Shown here: positions 1 through 11,251 of the stretch, in pieces | Numbering within the stretch: position 1 is the stretch's first letter | How the letters are laid out: each line of letters opens with the position of its first letter | Source of the DNA: an uncultured Phycisphaerales bacterium | GTDB lineage: Bacteria > Planctomycetota > Phycisphaerae > Tepidisphaerales > Tepidisphaeraceae | Length of the DNA stretch: 64,000 bases | Reading direction: 5' to 3' | Assembly (NCBI GenBank): GCA_963844715.1 | Contig: CAWJPJ010000007.1 | Coordinates: forward strand, 672,001-736,000 | Program-made: the position numbers and the translations under genes | Notes under the pieces: model-generated | Seen by the model: the letters and a program-made list of their open reading frames with translations, nothing else | What the model was told of the DNA's origin: nothing | The model's database searches: none

Positions 1-1
1 C

Positions 2-142
2 AGGGGGCGAGACATCGACGCCGCCTGCGGGCAATTGCGGCGCCGTGCCGAACCGGCGGCGCAAGCGCTTGGCCGGGTTGCGGATGACTTCATGGTAGAC
101 CGCCGCCAGCCCAAGCGAGCCGAACTGAGAAAGCCTCTGTGA
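2..142 (+). CDS. rlmN: C-terminal end of 23S rRNA m2A2503 methyltransferase (partial)
   Basis: Manual translation RGRDIDAACGQL... matches the RlmN C-terminal motif; TGA at 140-142. Confidence 0.85.
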   Translation, partial: RGRDIDAACGQLRRRAEPAAQALGRVADDFMVDRRQPKRAELRKPL

Positions 143-286
143 CCCGATACGGGCCGGACACGAATGTTTGCAAAGTTTTTCTGCTTCGCATCGAGAACTG
201 ACGGGAATCGTGAACGATAAATAATATTGGTGTCGTCAATTCCAATAGCAATGCTCGGACAAAAGCGGTGAGATTTGAATCGCCAC

Positions 287-1198
287 ATGCAAATTACTCG
301 TCGGTCCTTTCTTACTGATAACTCGCAACTGGCAACTGGCAACTACTCCGGGTTCACATTGATCGAATTCCTCGTCGCCATCGGAATCACCGGCATTTTC
401 TTGGCGATTCTGATTCCCTATTTTCTGCACGCGCGTGAACTGAATCGCCGGACGGAATGCGAAGCGCGGATGGGGCAGATCGCCGATGCGCTGTGGCAAT
501 ACGCGAAGGATCAGGGGCCAAATTCTCCCTTGCCGGAGACGGTTTACGATCCCCAGCGGAAACCGACCGGGTACACGTGCTTCACGGGTCCGGATGAGGC
601 TCATCCCTTCGCCAGGGACAGCGCCGTCAAACCCAATGACATCACGGCGTCGCTCTGGCTCCTCGTCCGCAGCGGGTACATCAAAGACCCGGCTATTTTC
701 ATTTGCCCCAGCACCAGCGACCGGCCCGATGTCATCGGCCCCGGCGGCGCGACAAAGCGCGGGAATTTCCGCTCGCCGACCAATCTGAGCTTTTCCTATG
801 CCTGCCCCTTCACGGATGCGTACGATTTTGCGTTCAGCACCGATCGACTCCCCGGCGGCTTCGCCCTCCTGGCCGACAAAAATCCCGGCTTTGCTTCGGA
901 GGACTCTAAAGTCCTCGGCCCCAAACGGGACGCCCCTCCCTTCGAGCTGGCCAAGGGCAACTCCCCCAATCATGGGCAAGCCGGTCAAAACGTCCTCTAC
1001 GCCGACGGGCACGTGGAATTCCAGCCTACGCCTTACGCCGGGGTAGGGGGAGACAATATTTACACTGCCGTCGCCCCCCATCGGCTGCGCGGCGAACATC
1101 CGGCTCTCGATACCCCGGGTTTTATCGGGCAAGACGTTGGCCCGGCATATAGCTATGACAGCTATTTGGTGCCGACGGCGCAAGACCAGGGGCCGTGA
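287..1198 (+). CDS. Prepilin-type N-terminal cleavage/methylation protein with H-X9-DG motif (DUF1559-like)
   Basis: GFTLIEFLVAIGI type III signal; NHGQAGQNVLYADGHV motif. Confidence 0.85.
   Translation: MQITRRSFLTDNSQLATGNYSGFTLIEFLVAIGITGIFLAILIPYFLHARELNRRTECEARMGQIADALWQYAKDQGPNSPLPETVYDPQRKPTGYTCFTGPDEAHPFARDSAVKPNDITASLWLLVRSGYIKDPAIFICPSTSDRPDVIGPGGATKRGNFRSPTNLSFSYACPFTDAYDFAFSTDRLPGGFALLADKNPGFASEDSKVLGPKRDAPPFELAKGNSPNHGQAGQNVLYADGHVEFQPTPYAGVGGDNIYTAVAPHRLRGEHPALDTPGFIGQDVGPAYSYDSYLVPTAQDQGP
320..344 (+). repeat. GGCAACT heptamer tandem repeat inside the prepilin leader
   Basis: actcgcaactggcaactggcaact; same unit on the minus strand at 10093-10135. Confidence 0.6.
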
Positions 1199-1203
1199 CG
1201 GAT

Positions 1204-1305
1204 ATGACGAATGACAAATGATAAATGACGAATCAATGGCCGAATTCTCGAATGATCGATTCGACATTGGGATATTCGAGCTCGGCGCGGCGACATTCGT
1301 CATTT
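1204..1305. repeat. Degenerate GAATGAC/AAATGAC heptamer palindromic element
   Basis: atgacgaatgacaaatgataaatgacgaatcaatg...cattcgtcatt; shares its core with 41555-41662. Confidence 0.7.
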
Positions 1306-1347
1306 TTCAATTGTTCTTCCGTCTCCAACATGGGATGATCCCCAAGG

Positions 1348-2283
1348 ATGTCGCAGGAGTTGGACATCTCTTGGCAGACGCTCCGCAGGATTGCTCAGGA
1401 CTGGGGAGGCGAATCAGCGGAGCTCAGCGAGGTTAAGCCGCTGGACGGCGGCACGATCAGCACCACCATCGCACTTACGCTTGCCGACGGACGAAAAGCG
1501 GTCTGCAAAGTCTCGGCTTATCGCGTCGATCGGGCGTATATCAATGAAGCCCATCAGTTGAAGCTGCTCGCCGAGGCGGGCCTGCCTGTTCCGCGCGTTT
1601 ACGCGACCAAGATCGGGTCTCTCGACGATCCGTTCAGCTACATTGTGATGGAACACATTGACGGCGTGAATCTCCAGCAGGCGAAGCGCACCTGCTCCGA
1701 GGCCGATTACGAGGGCCTGCAGACGCAACTGGCGGAACTGCTTTTGAAAATGCACAAGAAGACAGCCGATAAATACGGGCGCGTGCAGATCGACCCGCCG
1801 GGGCAGACGTTTGACGATTGGCCGAAATTCTTCCGGCACGTGTTCGACCCGATCTGCGACGAAGCGGGCAAATCGAATCTCATCCCCGCCAAGTGCCGCA
1901 AGCTCATCGCCAGGATTCAGGAGCGGCTCGACAAGCTCTTACAGCACGACGACGTTCCGCGGCTGGTGCATTGGGACGTCTGGAGCGCCAATCTGCTGGC
2001 CCGCGCGGACGAATCGGGGCACTGGCAACTGGCGGCGTTGCTGGACCCCAATTGCAAGTATGCCCATGTCGAAGCCGAGTTGGCTTATCTGAGTCTCTTT
2101 CAGACTGCCACGCCGACGTTTGTTAAGGCGTATCAGCAGAAGCGCAAGCTCGGCGATGATTACCATCGGGTTCGCAAGCCGGTGTATCAGGTGTTTTTTC
2201 TGCTCAATCACGTGCACTTGTTCGGGTCGGGGTATGTGCAGCCGTTGACGGCGGCGGTGGATCGGGTCGCGCCTTTGATTTGA
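1348..2283 (+). CDS. Fructosamine kinase / aminoglycoside phosphotransferase family protein
   Basis: LVHWDVWSANL and LLDP..YAHVEAEL motifs. Confidence 0.8.
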   Translation: MSQELDISWQTLRRIAQDWGGESAELSEVKPLDGGTISTTIALTLADGRKAVCKVSAYRVDRAYINEAHQLKLLAEAGLPVPRVYATKIGSLDDPFSYIVMEHIDGVNLQQAKRTCSEADYEGLQTQLAELLLKMHKKTADKYGRVQIDPPGQTFDDWPKFFRHVFDPICDEAGKSNLIPAKCRKLIARIQERLDKLLQHDDVPRLVHWDVWSANLLARADESGHWQLAALLDPNCKYAHVEAELAYLSLFQTATPTFVKAYQQKRKLGDDYHRVRKPVYQVFFLLNHVHLFGSGYVQPLTAAVDRVAPLI

Positions 2284-2295
2284 CAGAAGGGGGAT

Positions 2296-2466
2296 TCAGA
2301 AGATCAGGAAGTGCCGCGTCGAAGCATTATCCGGCGACGCGTGGAGGAACACGCCGCCGTGTTCCACCTCGCCGGGCTCGCATACTGTGTGCTCGCAGCT
2401 CACCGCCGCCGCGATCAGGCCGGCCGCGGCTAGAAGAATCGTCCATCGTCGTAGCTTCCGCACCAT
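2296..2466 (-). CDS. Putative small lipoprotein
   Basis: MVRKLRRWTILLAAAGLIAAAVSC: basic n-region, hydrophobic stretch, lipobox-like AVSC. Confidence 0.4.
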   Translation of the reverse strand: MVRKLRRWTILLAAAGLIAAAVSCEHTVCEPGEVEHGGVFLHASPDNASTRHFLIF

Positions 2467-2516
2467 GGGTGAGAAATGTACCACCGTGGGAACTCGATGA
2501 ATAGACGCCCCGCGGA

Positions 2517-3766
2517 TCATTTCGCCACGACGCCCAGCGCCTTTTCGACCGCGTTGCAGAATTGCCCGCAGAGCAGTTTTTGATTCAGTGATTCGTCGAG
2601 CACGGTTCGCGCGGTTTCGCCCATTGCATGCAACTGTTGGGCGGGCATGGCGCGGAATGTTTCGATGGCCTTCAACGCCCCAGCTTGATCGCCGTGGGAA
2701 ACTTGCAGGCCGATGCCGTGTTTTTCGAGCAGGTCGCTGATATGGGAGGGGCGAGGTCCCAGAAAAAGGATCGGCTTGCCGGCGGTCATCGCGCCGTAGA
2801 TTTTGCAGGGATGAATGATGCCGACCATTCCCTCGCCGAGAGAAACCACATGGACGTCGGCAGCCGTGAGTGAATATTTCAGTTCCGACAGCGGCTGGTA
2901 GGGGAGGGACTGGGCATTGGGGAGCGCATGATCGCGGATATACGCCTCGACTTCCTTTTTTCCGGCGCCGCCGCCTACGAATAGAAATCTCAAGCCGTCT
3001 TCATTTTTCAAAACCGTCGCGGCATCCAGCAGCGTCGTCAGCGGGTTGCTCGGGCTGTGGTTTCCGCTGTACATGATGACGAATTTACCGGCGAGCTCGT
3101 GTTTGATGCGAAATGGGTTTTCCGCGCCGGCTTCGGAATGGATGTGTTCCTCATGCGGCCAGGGGGGCATGACGAACATCTTTTCGCGCGGTACGCCGCG
3201 CGCGGCGAGGCGGTCGGCCATGAAGCGATCGAGTGCGATGATCAGCGCCGTGCGATTCAGAATGAATCGATTCACGCGTTCCAGGAACCAGGCGATGAAG
3301 CTATTTGGCTTGATTTTGCCGAGGGCAATAAGCTGATCGGGATTTAGATCCATGGCCCAGTAGGCCGTCGGAACGCCTCGGATTGCGGCGACGATGCAGA
3401 GCGGCACGCCGATGAGTGGGGGGGAGGTGCTGAAGAAAATCCCCTGCAGGTTGCGAGCGAAGAGGGCGGCGAAAAAGGCCTGGACATGGAATGCCGCCGT
3501 GCCGAGGACGCGGAGGAGCATCGATTTTTTTCCGAACGATGCGTAGGGGAATCGGCGGATATAGGCGCCGTTGCGATTTTCCCTGCGTGGATACCGGGCG
3601 GTCGGGTCTTCGTATCCGCGCCCCGACGCATAGACCCGGACGGCGTGTCCCCGCGCGCGAGTTCGAACGCCACATCTGCCATGTGCTGCCCGACGCTTGC
3701 CGGATCGGGCACGAACGTCTGGCTGATGACCAAAATGACCTTCTTGTCGCGCTCTGCCGGGTTCAT
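2517..3766 (-). CDS. Glycosyltransferase family 4 (WbuB/WcaI-like), split by frameshifts near 3520-3660
   Basis: N-terminus ISQTFVPDPASVGQHMADVA in one frame; MYSGNHS and HPCKIYGAM in another. Confidence 0.8.
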
Positions 3767-4755
3767 CAGTGCTGCTTTTTGCCGGCCATCTGGTCGTAAA
3801 TCCAATGATAGGTCTTTTCCATCCCGTCGCGCAATTTCGTATCCGGCTCCCAATGCAACAGCTTCTTGATCAGCGTGTTGTCGCTGTTCCGCCCGTTGAC
3901 GCCTTTGGGAGCTTTTAAGTTATACGACCGCTTCAGCTTCACCTTGGCGATGTCTTCGACGATGTCCACGAGCTGATTGATCGAAACCAGTTCACTGCTT
4001 CCCAGATTGATCGGCTCGATGATGTTGCTCCAGGTAATGTCCTGAATCCCCTTGAGGCAATCCGTGATGTACATGAATGAGCGGGTCTGAAGCCCATCGC
4101 CCCAGATTTCGATGGCATTGGTGCCGGCCATTTTCGCAGCGATTACCTTTCGGCAGATCGCGGCCGGGGCTTTTTCGCGGCCGCCTTCCCATGTTCCAAA
4201 CGGGCCGTAGACGTTGTGAAACCGCGCCACGCGCGTCTGCAATCCAAAATCCTCGCGGTAATGGCGGCACATCCGTTCGCTGAAGAGTTTCTCCCATCCA
4301 TAGCCATCTTCCGGCTGGCCGGGATAGGCGTCCTCTTCTTTTAGGGCCGTTACGTTCGGATCGCGCTGCTTGTCCGCATTATAGACGCAGGCGGATGAGG
4401 CATAGAAAAACCGTTCCACCCCGACGTCCTTGGCCGCCTGGCAGAGATGCGTATTGATCAGCACGCTGAGCATGCAGAGGCACTTGTTGTTTTCGATGAA
4501 CCCCATCCCCCCCATATCGGCGGCCAAGTTGTAAACAACCTTCGCCCCCTCGAGCGCCTTGTAACAGGCGTCCTTGAGTTGCAGATCAAGCTGCAAATTC
4601 TCGGCCTGCCCAAAATTCTGGTACCACTCGACGAACGGCTTGATATCCACCGACCGGACATTGGTGTGCCCTTTGCGGAGCAGTTCCCCGACCAGATGCC
4701 CGCCGATGAACCCTCCGCCGCCGCAGACAACGACTTTGTCATTTAGACTCGCCAT
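3766..4755 (-). CDS. GDP-mannose 3,5-epimerase-like extended SDR
   Basis: GGGGFIG, LAADMGGMGFI, ASSACVY, YGWEK, GREKAPAAICRK, GVNGRNSDNT. Confidence 0.85.
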   Translation of the reverse strand: MASLNDKVVVCGGGGFIGGHLVGELLRKGHTNVRSVDIKPFVEWYQNFGQAENLQLDLQLKDACYKALEGAKVVYNLAADMGGMGFIENNKCLCMLSVLINTHLCQAAKDVGVERFFYASSACVYNADKQRDPNVTALKEEDAYPGQPEDGYGWEKLFSERMCRHYREDFGLQTRVARFHNVYGPFGTWEGGREKAPAAICRKVIAAKMAGTNAIEIWGDGLQTRSFMYITDCLKGIQDITWSNIIEPINLGSSELVSINQLVDIVEDIAKVKLKRSYNLKAPKGVNGRNSDNTLIKKLLHWEPDTKLRDGMEKTYHWIYDQMAGKKQH

Positions 4756-4830
4756 GGACGAATTATGGGGCATGTAAGGTATGGGTCAAGCGGGGTGGGA
4801 ATCGTTCGGAATTCGAGCCCAATGGATGGC

Positions 4831-4854
4831 ACCTTCGACGAGCTCAGGGCAGGC
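4831..4854. repeat. Short REP-like CCTTCGAC..GCTCAGGGCAGG element
   Basis: accttcgacgagctcagggcaggc abutting the fcl stop; resembles a common intergenic repeat, single copy here. Confidence 0.35.
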
Positions 4855-5834
4855 TAACCATTGGCTTTTGCAGCGGAAAATTGACGTTCGGTTAGCTCGC
4901 CGCGGTGCCCCTCAAACCATTCAATCGTCTTCTTCAGTCCCTCTTCGAGCGAAGTCCGGGCCGCAAACGCAAACGCTGCCTTGGCGCGGGAAACATCGAG
5001 GCACCTGCGCGGCTGGCCGTCCGGCTTGGTCGCATCCCAGGCCGTCTTGCCTGTAAATCCGCTTAGTTTTGCGATCAGTTCCGTCAGATGCTTGATCGTG
5101 ATCTCGCGCCCGCTGCCTAAATTCACCGGTTCGGGCGAATCATATTTTTGAAGTGCGGCGACGATCCCGGCGGCGCAATCTTCCACGTACAGAAATTCGC
5201 GGCTGGCCGATCCTGTCCCCCAGGCCACGATCTCCTTCGCTCCCGAATCCCGCGCTTCGACATATTTCCGAATTAGCGCGGGAATCACATGGCTCGAATG
5301 CAAATCAAAATTATCCCGCGGTCCGTATAGATTCACCGGCAGGAGATAGATCGCGTTCAATCCATACTGCTGCCGATACGCCTGGCACATTACCAGCAGG
5401 GCCTTCTTGGCCACCCCGTACGGAGCGTTGGTCTCCTCCGGATACCCGTTCCATAGCTCTTCCTCCCGAAACGGTACCGGCGTAAATTTCGGATAGGCGC
5501 AGATCGTCCCGACCTGCACGAATTTTTTGATCTTGTTCTTCCTGGCCTGTTCGATGAGGTGCATTCCCATCGACATATTGGCGAAGAAAAACCGCCCCGG
5601 ATTGTCTCGGTTCGCGCCGATCCCGCCGACTTCGGCGGCCAGATGCAAGACCACGTCCGGCTTTTGTTCGCGGTAAAGGCGCTCGGCGTCGGCCTCGCTG
5701 GTGAGGTCGTAATCCTTTCTTCGCGGAATGAAGAGGTTTCCATAGCCCAGGGCGCGAAGCTGTTCGACGACAAAGCTGCCGAGGAAGCCGGCCCCGCCTG
5801 TTATCACCAGTCGATCCGCCGGACTGACGCTCAT
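4854..5834 (-). CDS. fcl: GDP-L-fucose synthase
   Basis: [39 protein letters not shown]. Confidence 0.92.
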   Translation of the reverse strand: MSVSPADRLVITGGAGFLGSFVVEQLRALGYGNLFIPRRKDYDLTSEADAERLYREQKPDVVLHLAAEVGGIGANRDNPGRFFFANMSMGMHLIEQARKNKIKKFVQVGTICAYPKFTPVPFREEELWNGYPEETNAPYGVAKKALLVMCQAYRQQYGLNAIYLLPVNLYGPRDNFDLHSSHVIPALIRKYVEARDSGAKEIVAWGTGSASREFLYVEDCAAGIVAALQKYDSPEPVNLGSGREITIKHLTELIAKLSGFTGKTAWDATKPDGQPRRCLDVSRAKAAFAFAARTSLEEGLKKTIEWFEGHRGELTERQFSAAKANG

Positions 5835-6856
5835 TTCTTTTCCTGATCTTCGAGGATTCGTTCCCGCTTGGCGAGTTTCCAATCCGCCTCGGTCATCATC
5901 CGCGCCAGGGTCTTGAAGTCGATTTTAGGCGTCCATCCCAGCACCTGCCGGGCCTTGCTCGAATCCCCGCGGAGGAAGTCGACTTCCGCCGGGCGGAAGT
6001 ATCGCGGATCGATCTGGACAAATTTCTGCCAGTCCAAGCCCAGATGCCCGAAGACCTCCCCGAGGAATTCCCGTACGCTGTGCGCTTCGCCGGTCGAGAC
6101 GACATAATCGTCCGGCTTGTCCTGCTGGAGCATCATCCACATCGCCTCGACATAATCGCCCGCGAATCCCCAATCTCTTTGCGCGTCGAGATTTCCCAGG
6201 AAAAGCTTTTCCTGCAATCCCTCCTTGATGCGCGTCGCGGCTCGGGTGATTTTTCGCGTCACGAAGGTCTCGCCGCGCCGCGGGCTTTCGTGGTTGAACA
6301 AAATCCCGTTGCAGGCGAACATCCCGTAGCTCTCGCGATAATTGACGGTTTGCCAATGCGCGTAAACCTTCGCGCACGCATAGGGGCTGCGCGGATAAAA
6401 CGGCGTGGTCTCCTTCTGGATCGGCTCCAACACCTTCCCATACATTTCGCTGCTCGAGGCCTGGTAAAAGCGCGTCGGCAATCCGGAATCGCGGATCGCC
6501 TCGAGCATATTCATCGTCCCCAGCGCGTCGGCGGCAACCGTATAGACCGGCTGATCGAAACTCACCCTCACGTGCGACTGCGCCCCCAGGTTGTAAACCT
6601 CCGCGGGCTTCACGCGAGACAAAATTTCCCTCAGCCCGATCCCGTCGAGCAGGTCTCCATAATGCAAAAATAGCCGCGTCGTCGGGATGTGGCGGTCGGC
6701 GTAAAGATGTTCGATTCGATCGGTGTTGAAGGAACTGCTCCGCCGCACGATCCCGTGGACCTGATATCCCTTTTCAAGCAGAAACTCAGCGAGATATGAC
6801 CCATCTTGTCCGGTGATTCCCGTGATCAGAGCTTTTTTGACTTCCGCCGCTGCCAT
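5831..6856 (-). CDS. gmd: GDP-mannose 4,6-dehydratase
   Basis: [39 protein letters not shown]. Confidence 0.97.
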   Translation of the reverse strand: MAAAEVKKALITGITGQDGSYLAEFLLEKGYQVHGIVRRSSSFNTDRIEHLYADRHIPTTRLFLHYGDLLDGIGLREILSRVKPAEVYNLGAQSHVRVSFDQPVYTVAADALGTMNMLEAIRDSGLPTRFYQASSSEMYGKVLEPIQKETTPFYPRSPYACAKVYAHWQTVNYRESYGMFACNGILFNHESPRRGETFVTRKITRAATRIKEGLQEKLFLGNLDAQRDWGFAGDYVEAMWMMLQQDKPDDYVVSTGEAHSVREFLGEVFGHLGLDWQKFVQIDPRYFRPAEVDFLRGDSSKARQVLGWTPKIDFKTLARMMTEADWKLAKRERILEDQEKK

Positions 6857-6905
6857 AGGTTCCCTTCGGCCCGTGAATCCAAGGTCGGAGGCCGCCCATT
6901 CTTCT

Positions 6906-6947
6906 CCCCTCTCCCTGGTACTCCGGGTAGAGGGTTAGGGTGAGGGG
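6906..6947. repeat. REP-like CCCTCTCCC...GGGAGAGGG..GGGTGAGGG hairpin
   Basis: cccctctccctggtactccgggtagagggttagggtgagggg; related copy at 56964-57006. Confidence 0.65.
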
Positions 6948-7044
6948 CCATTGTTTTCCGAAAGTTAACCCCCGTCACAGTCGCATGCAAACCCCGTGAC
7001 ACGCCGCTGGCGAAGGCTAAAGTGAAACACTGAGGATCGCCCCG

Positions 7045-9815
7045 ATGACCCAAATTCCGCCCGGCAGCAATTCGAGTTCCTCCGACGCCGCCCGGCCCGA
7101 TCCCGAACCCAAGCCGCGGAAAAAGAGATTACGAAAGATCGTGCTGATCGCGGCCGCGGTTCTGCTGGTACTGGTTGTTATTCTTCTCTTCCTCACTCCG
7201 ACGATCCTCAGCTCTGATTCGGTTCGCGAAGCGATCGTCGATCACATCAATTCCACGATGCTCAACGGGCAGCTGTCGATCCATGACTGGTCCCTCTCGT
7301 GGAGGGGCGGCGTCGAGGCCCACGGCATCGACGTGACGGACGCTTCCAACGCCCACGTCCTTTCCATCGCGCAGTTAACCAGCGGCGTCTCGCTCCTGGG
7401 CGCGATCTCGGGTCACATCGATCTCGGCGACACAGAACTCACCGGTGTCGACTTCAATCTCCGCCGGGATAAGGACGGGCAGTTCAATCTCGCCAAGCTG
7501 TTCGAGAAGAATCCGCCGGCGGCTTCGGGAGCTTCCGCCCCCGGCGGCGCTCCGGCAGGTCCCTCCAAGCTGCCACTTATCACCGGCACGATCCACTTCA
7601 ACGGCCGCACCTGCACCTATCAGGACGATGTCCCCGCTCAACCGATCCTGGCGACTTTTGAGACGCTCGACGGCACAATCAAAATCACCGACATCAATCA
7701 GCCGATCGAAACGCATCTGGACGTCGCCGCTCACGTCAACGGCCAGCCCGCGACGCTCAAACTCGACGGCACGATTTCCGCGGTTCAAAACCAAATGCTC
7801 GATATCGATAACGCCGCGGCAGCGGAGACGATCGCCTTTAGCACGGGTAACTCCGCCGCGGATGTGCAGGCCAGCGTCGATGCCCAGCGCGGCGGACCCT
7901 TGGGAATTCTCATCCCTTCCCTGGACATCGCCCACGCGCAGTTCGATCTGCATCTGCTCCAGGAGCAGCATTTCCTGGATCTTCTGGCCGCGAATTGGCT
8001 GGCTAAAAATTCCGTCCGCTTCAACTCCGGGGTGATCACGCTTGCGGGCAAGGGAAAACTCGATGCCTCGGGAATCACGCTGGATCAGCCTTTGGCTCTC
8101 CATGTGGACCCGATCGAACTGACCAGCGCTGATTCGACGGGCACGGCTCAAACCGCCCATCTGCCGCCGCTGGATATACAGGTCACCAGCGCCCAGGCCG
8201 AAAATTTCACCGCCAGTCTGATTCTAGGCACTTCGCAGCAACCTCTGGTGTCCATGAATCTCACCGGCTCTCCAGCGGGCTCGGCGCAACTCACCCAATG
8301 CGATGCCGATCTCCCGCGACTCCAGGCGGCTCTGGCGCCGGTGCTGCCGCTTTTTGCGGCGCGGATAATTCCGACGCCATGCAGCAGGTCGCCCAGAACG
8401 TGATCGCGATCACCAGCGGCAAACTCTCCGCGACCGGCGCCGCGAACTATGACGGGAAAACGCTCACCCTCACGCAGCCTCTGGCGATCAATCTGGCGAA
8501 CTTCACCATCCAGCAAGGCGGCGTCGCCACGCCCATCACGGGCATGAATTTCCAGTCTTCCGTTGCCGGTGCGTTCTCCCCAACCGATATCCAAAATCTG
8601 AAATTTACCCTCACGACCGGCGATGCCTTGACCTGCACGCTTACCGGCGGCGTGACGGACCTAGGCTCGGCGCGGCAGTTGAGCGGCGCTGTTGTCATGC
8701 TCGATTACGACCTGGCGAAGCTCTGGCCGATCGTCCGCACGTTTCTCTCCGCCCAGCAGCAGCAGAATTTGGCCGACCTGCAAATCGCCGGGAAAGAGAC
8801 GCGGACAATTACGATCGCCGGCAGTTTTCCGGCGGACAAGCCGCTGGCGGCTTCCATCGCCTCGCTGGAAGCCTACGGCTATCTCACCGTCGATTCCCTA
8901 TCCACCCACGGGGTCACCGTCACCAAACTGGATATCCCATTCTGGCTTAAAAACGGCGTGGTGAGAACCGTGCACCAGGATCAGCCGGAGGGCAAAAACG
9001 CACCGGCGGGCGCACAATGCAACGGCGGCACGCTGGATATCGGCGACATTTCCGCTGATCTCACCCAATCGCCCATACGCCTCACGATGCCCGGAATCGA
9101 TCCGAAGCACCCGCATCAGATTTTGAAGAATGTCGCGCTCACCCGCGAGATGGCCAAGACCCTCTTCGGCTCGGTGTTGAACAACCCGCTCTTTTCCAGC
9201 AGCGATTCGAATCAGGGGTTTGTCGATCTTTCGCTGTTGCAACTGAAAGATTTGCCGCTGAGCAATCTGGTGATGCAGCCGAGCGCCCAAAATACCGGCG
9301 TAGCGGAGGTGAACTACTCCATTCGTCAATTGGCGATTAACGGCGGGCTGTTGGCCACATTGGGCGTCACTGGAGATACGCCCGCGACGATCAACAACGC
9401 GGATGTCCTGATTCAGGGCGGCAAAGTTACCGAAGACACCACGGTGATCCTGAATCAAAACCAGGATGTCCGGCTCGCCGGCGGGGTCGATCTTCATTCG
9501 CTGGCTTTTGACAATATGAATATCGACCTTCCCCATTCCTTGCTGGCCCAGCATGGCATTGTCGATAAGAACATCCTCGCGTACCTTGCCGACCCAATTG
9601 AGGTGCCGGTCGAGGGAGACGTTTCCAAACCCAAGATCAGCCTGGATAAAGTCATCCAATCCGCGGCCCAGCAATCGATCATCGGCGGGCTATTGGGCGG
9701 CGGACAACCGAAGCAACCGGCGAGCCAGCCATCGCAGAATCAAAAGCAGAGTCAGCAACAACAGCAACAAGACAATCCGCTCAATGATCTGCTGCGAGGG
9801 CTGTCGGGGAACTAG
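7045..9815 (+). CDS. Large AsmA-like envelope protein, frameshift near 8360
   Basis: N-terminal TM anchor, beta-rich body, AsmA-like C-terminus (IEVPVEGDVSKPKI); two overlapping ORFs. Confidence 0.6.
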
Positions 9816-9826
9816 GGGACGACGCA

Positions 9827-9866
9827 GGCACGAAGGCACGGAGGCACGTAGGCACGAGGGCACGAA
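9827..9866 (+). repeat. GGCACGNA-type octamer tandem repeat (about 5 units)
   Basis: ggcacgaa ggcacgga ggcacgta ggcacgag ggcacgaa. Confidence 0.8.
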
Positions 9867-10092
9867 GGGGAAAATGGTATTCGGAAAAAAAGGGTGGGGG
9901 GAGGTCGGCGGGGCGATCTGGATGAGTGGACGGGTAGAACAGTTGAGCTTTAGAGAGGGAAATAAATCGAATTCCAAAAAAAGGGGGGTGGGTGGGCGCG
10001 GCGGAATTGCGATTCAAACTAAGATTGGAGCATTTTTTTGGGGAAGTCTTTTCAGGAGTTGGGGTTGCGGGGGTTGATGAATGTTAAACAAA

Positions 10093-10135
10093 CAGTTGCC
10101 AGTTGCTGGTTGGCGGTTGCTGGTTGCCAGTTGCC
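10093..10135 (-). repeat. GGCAACT/AGCAACC heptamer tandem repeat (about 6 units)
   Basis: cagttgccagttgctggttggcggttgctggttgccagttgcc. Confidence 0.75.
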
Positions 10136-10396
10136 GGGGACGAGGGACCATTTGGGCGATGAAAAGGGCATTGGGCGAGAGCATAAAAGAAAATGCATAT
10201 GTTCGTAGCAAGAAGATTTAATTTTTGCGGTGTGCGCAAGGGGCGGCAGGACAAAGGTTTGTGGATTGGCATTTATTGGGCATTTATTGTAGCTGAAAAA
10301 TGATTTTTGGGACACGGTTGTGGGCTATGGGTGAGGTTTGAATGAGGAATTTGGGGGGGAGGCACGAAGCGACGCACCTGAATCGATGGATGTCAC

Positions 10397-10424
10397 CTTT
10401 TAGCTCTTTTTAGCTCTTTTAGCT
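10397..10424 (+). repeat. TTTTAGCTC tandem repeat x3
   Basis: cttttagctctttttagctcttttagct. Confidence 0.6.
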
Positions 10425-10481
10425 TCCGCAATGGCCGCTGGTCTGTCAAAAACGGTTTGGGAGATTGAAGACTTGTTGAGG

Positions 10482-10805
10482 CTAATCGCCTGAATGGGGT
10501 GATGGATCGTCCACAGCCCGCAGCCGTCTGGCGACCGACCTGAGATAACCCAAAGCCGCGATTCTGCCTACGCAATAAATGATCGCGGCGAAAATGGGAA
10601 GCGACAGATAAATAACCCAGATCGGGAGGTCTGCAAGCCATATAGCAATCGCCCAGAGTGAGGCGACGCCGCATACAGCGATAAGATAAGCCGCGACCAC
10701 CTCTGAGAGGCGACCTGGAGCACTGACCGCTCTGCGCCAGAGCTTTCGACTATCCTCTTCGGACAAGTCGGCTACCTCTGGTATTGATCGCCATCGCCAG
10801 TACAT
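10482..10805 (-). CDS. Hypothetical two-TM membrane protein
   Basis: 107 aa ORF with two hydrophobic segments. Confidence 0.5.
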   Translation of the reverse strand: MYWRWRSIPEVADLSEEDSRKLWRRAVSAPGRLSEVVAAYLIAVCGVASLWAIAIWLADLPIWVIYLSLPIFAAIIYCVGRIAALGYLRSVARRLRAVDDPSPHSGD

Positions 10806-10941
10806 TTTTAGTGTCGGGGCGCGAAGCCAGAGAAGATTTTAACGAAACACGGGCAAAAGGCGTAATTATTTTCAAACTGCACCAGTACCAAAAATTGTCG
10901 CAGGTTGAAGGTTGGCTCGCCAGATTGTTACCATGATTGGC

Positions 10942-11184
10942 ATGACCATCCGGTCGATACAGCGGTTGAGGGAAACGCATCCGTTCGAGCCATTCCGCAT
11001 TTTGGTAGGCGACGGTCGCCACTACGACATCGCCAGGAGCCAAAATTTCATGACGACCGGCAATGGCAGAATCATCGCAGTCGCCATGTCGGACCACATT
11101 GTCACTCTCGAACTATTGCTGGTGACGGGAATAGCCGGACCCATCCCCCACAAGCAAAATGGTGCGCGGCGGAAGGCGTCATAG
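10942..11184 (+). CDS. Small hypothetical protein (PFEPFRI..DGRHYDI family typical of planctomycetes)
   Basis: Motif recalled from planctomycete hypothetical proteins. Confidence 0.6.
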   Translation: MTIRSIQRLRETHPFEPFRILVGDGRHYDIARSQNFMTTGNGRIIAVAMSDHIVTLELLLVTGIAGPIPHKQNGARRKAS

Positions 11185-11251
11185 GGGCGGGCAACTAAAA
11201 TATCGATGAGCGGCCGGCCAAAACATTTTGAGCGGACGAAAGAAGAGCGGC

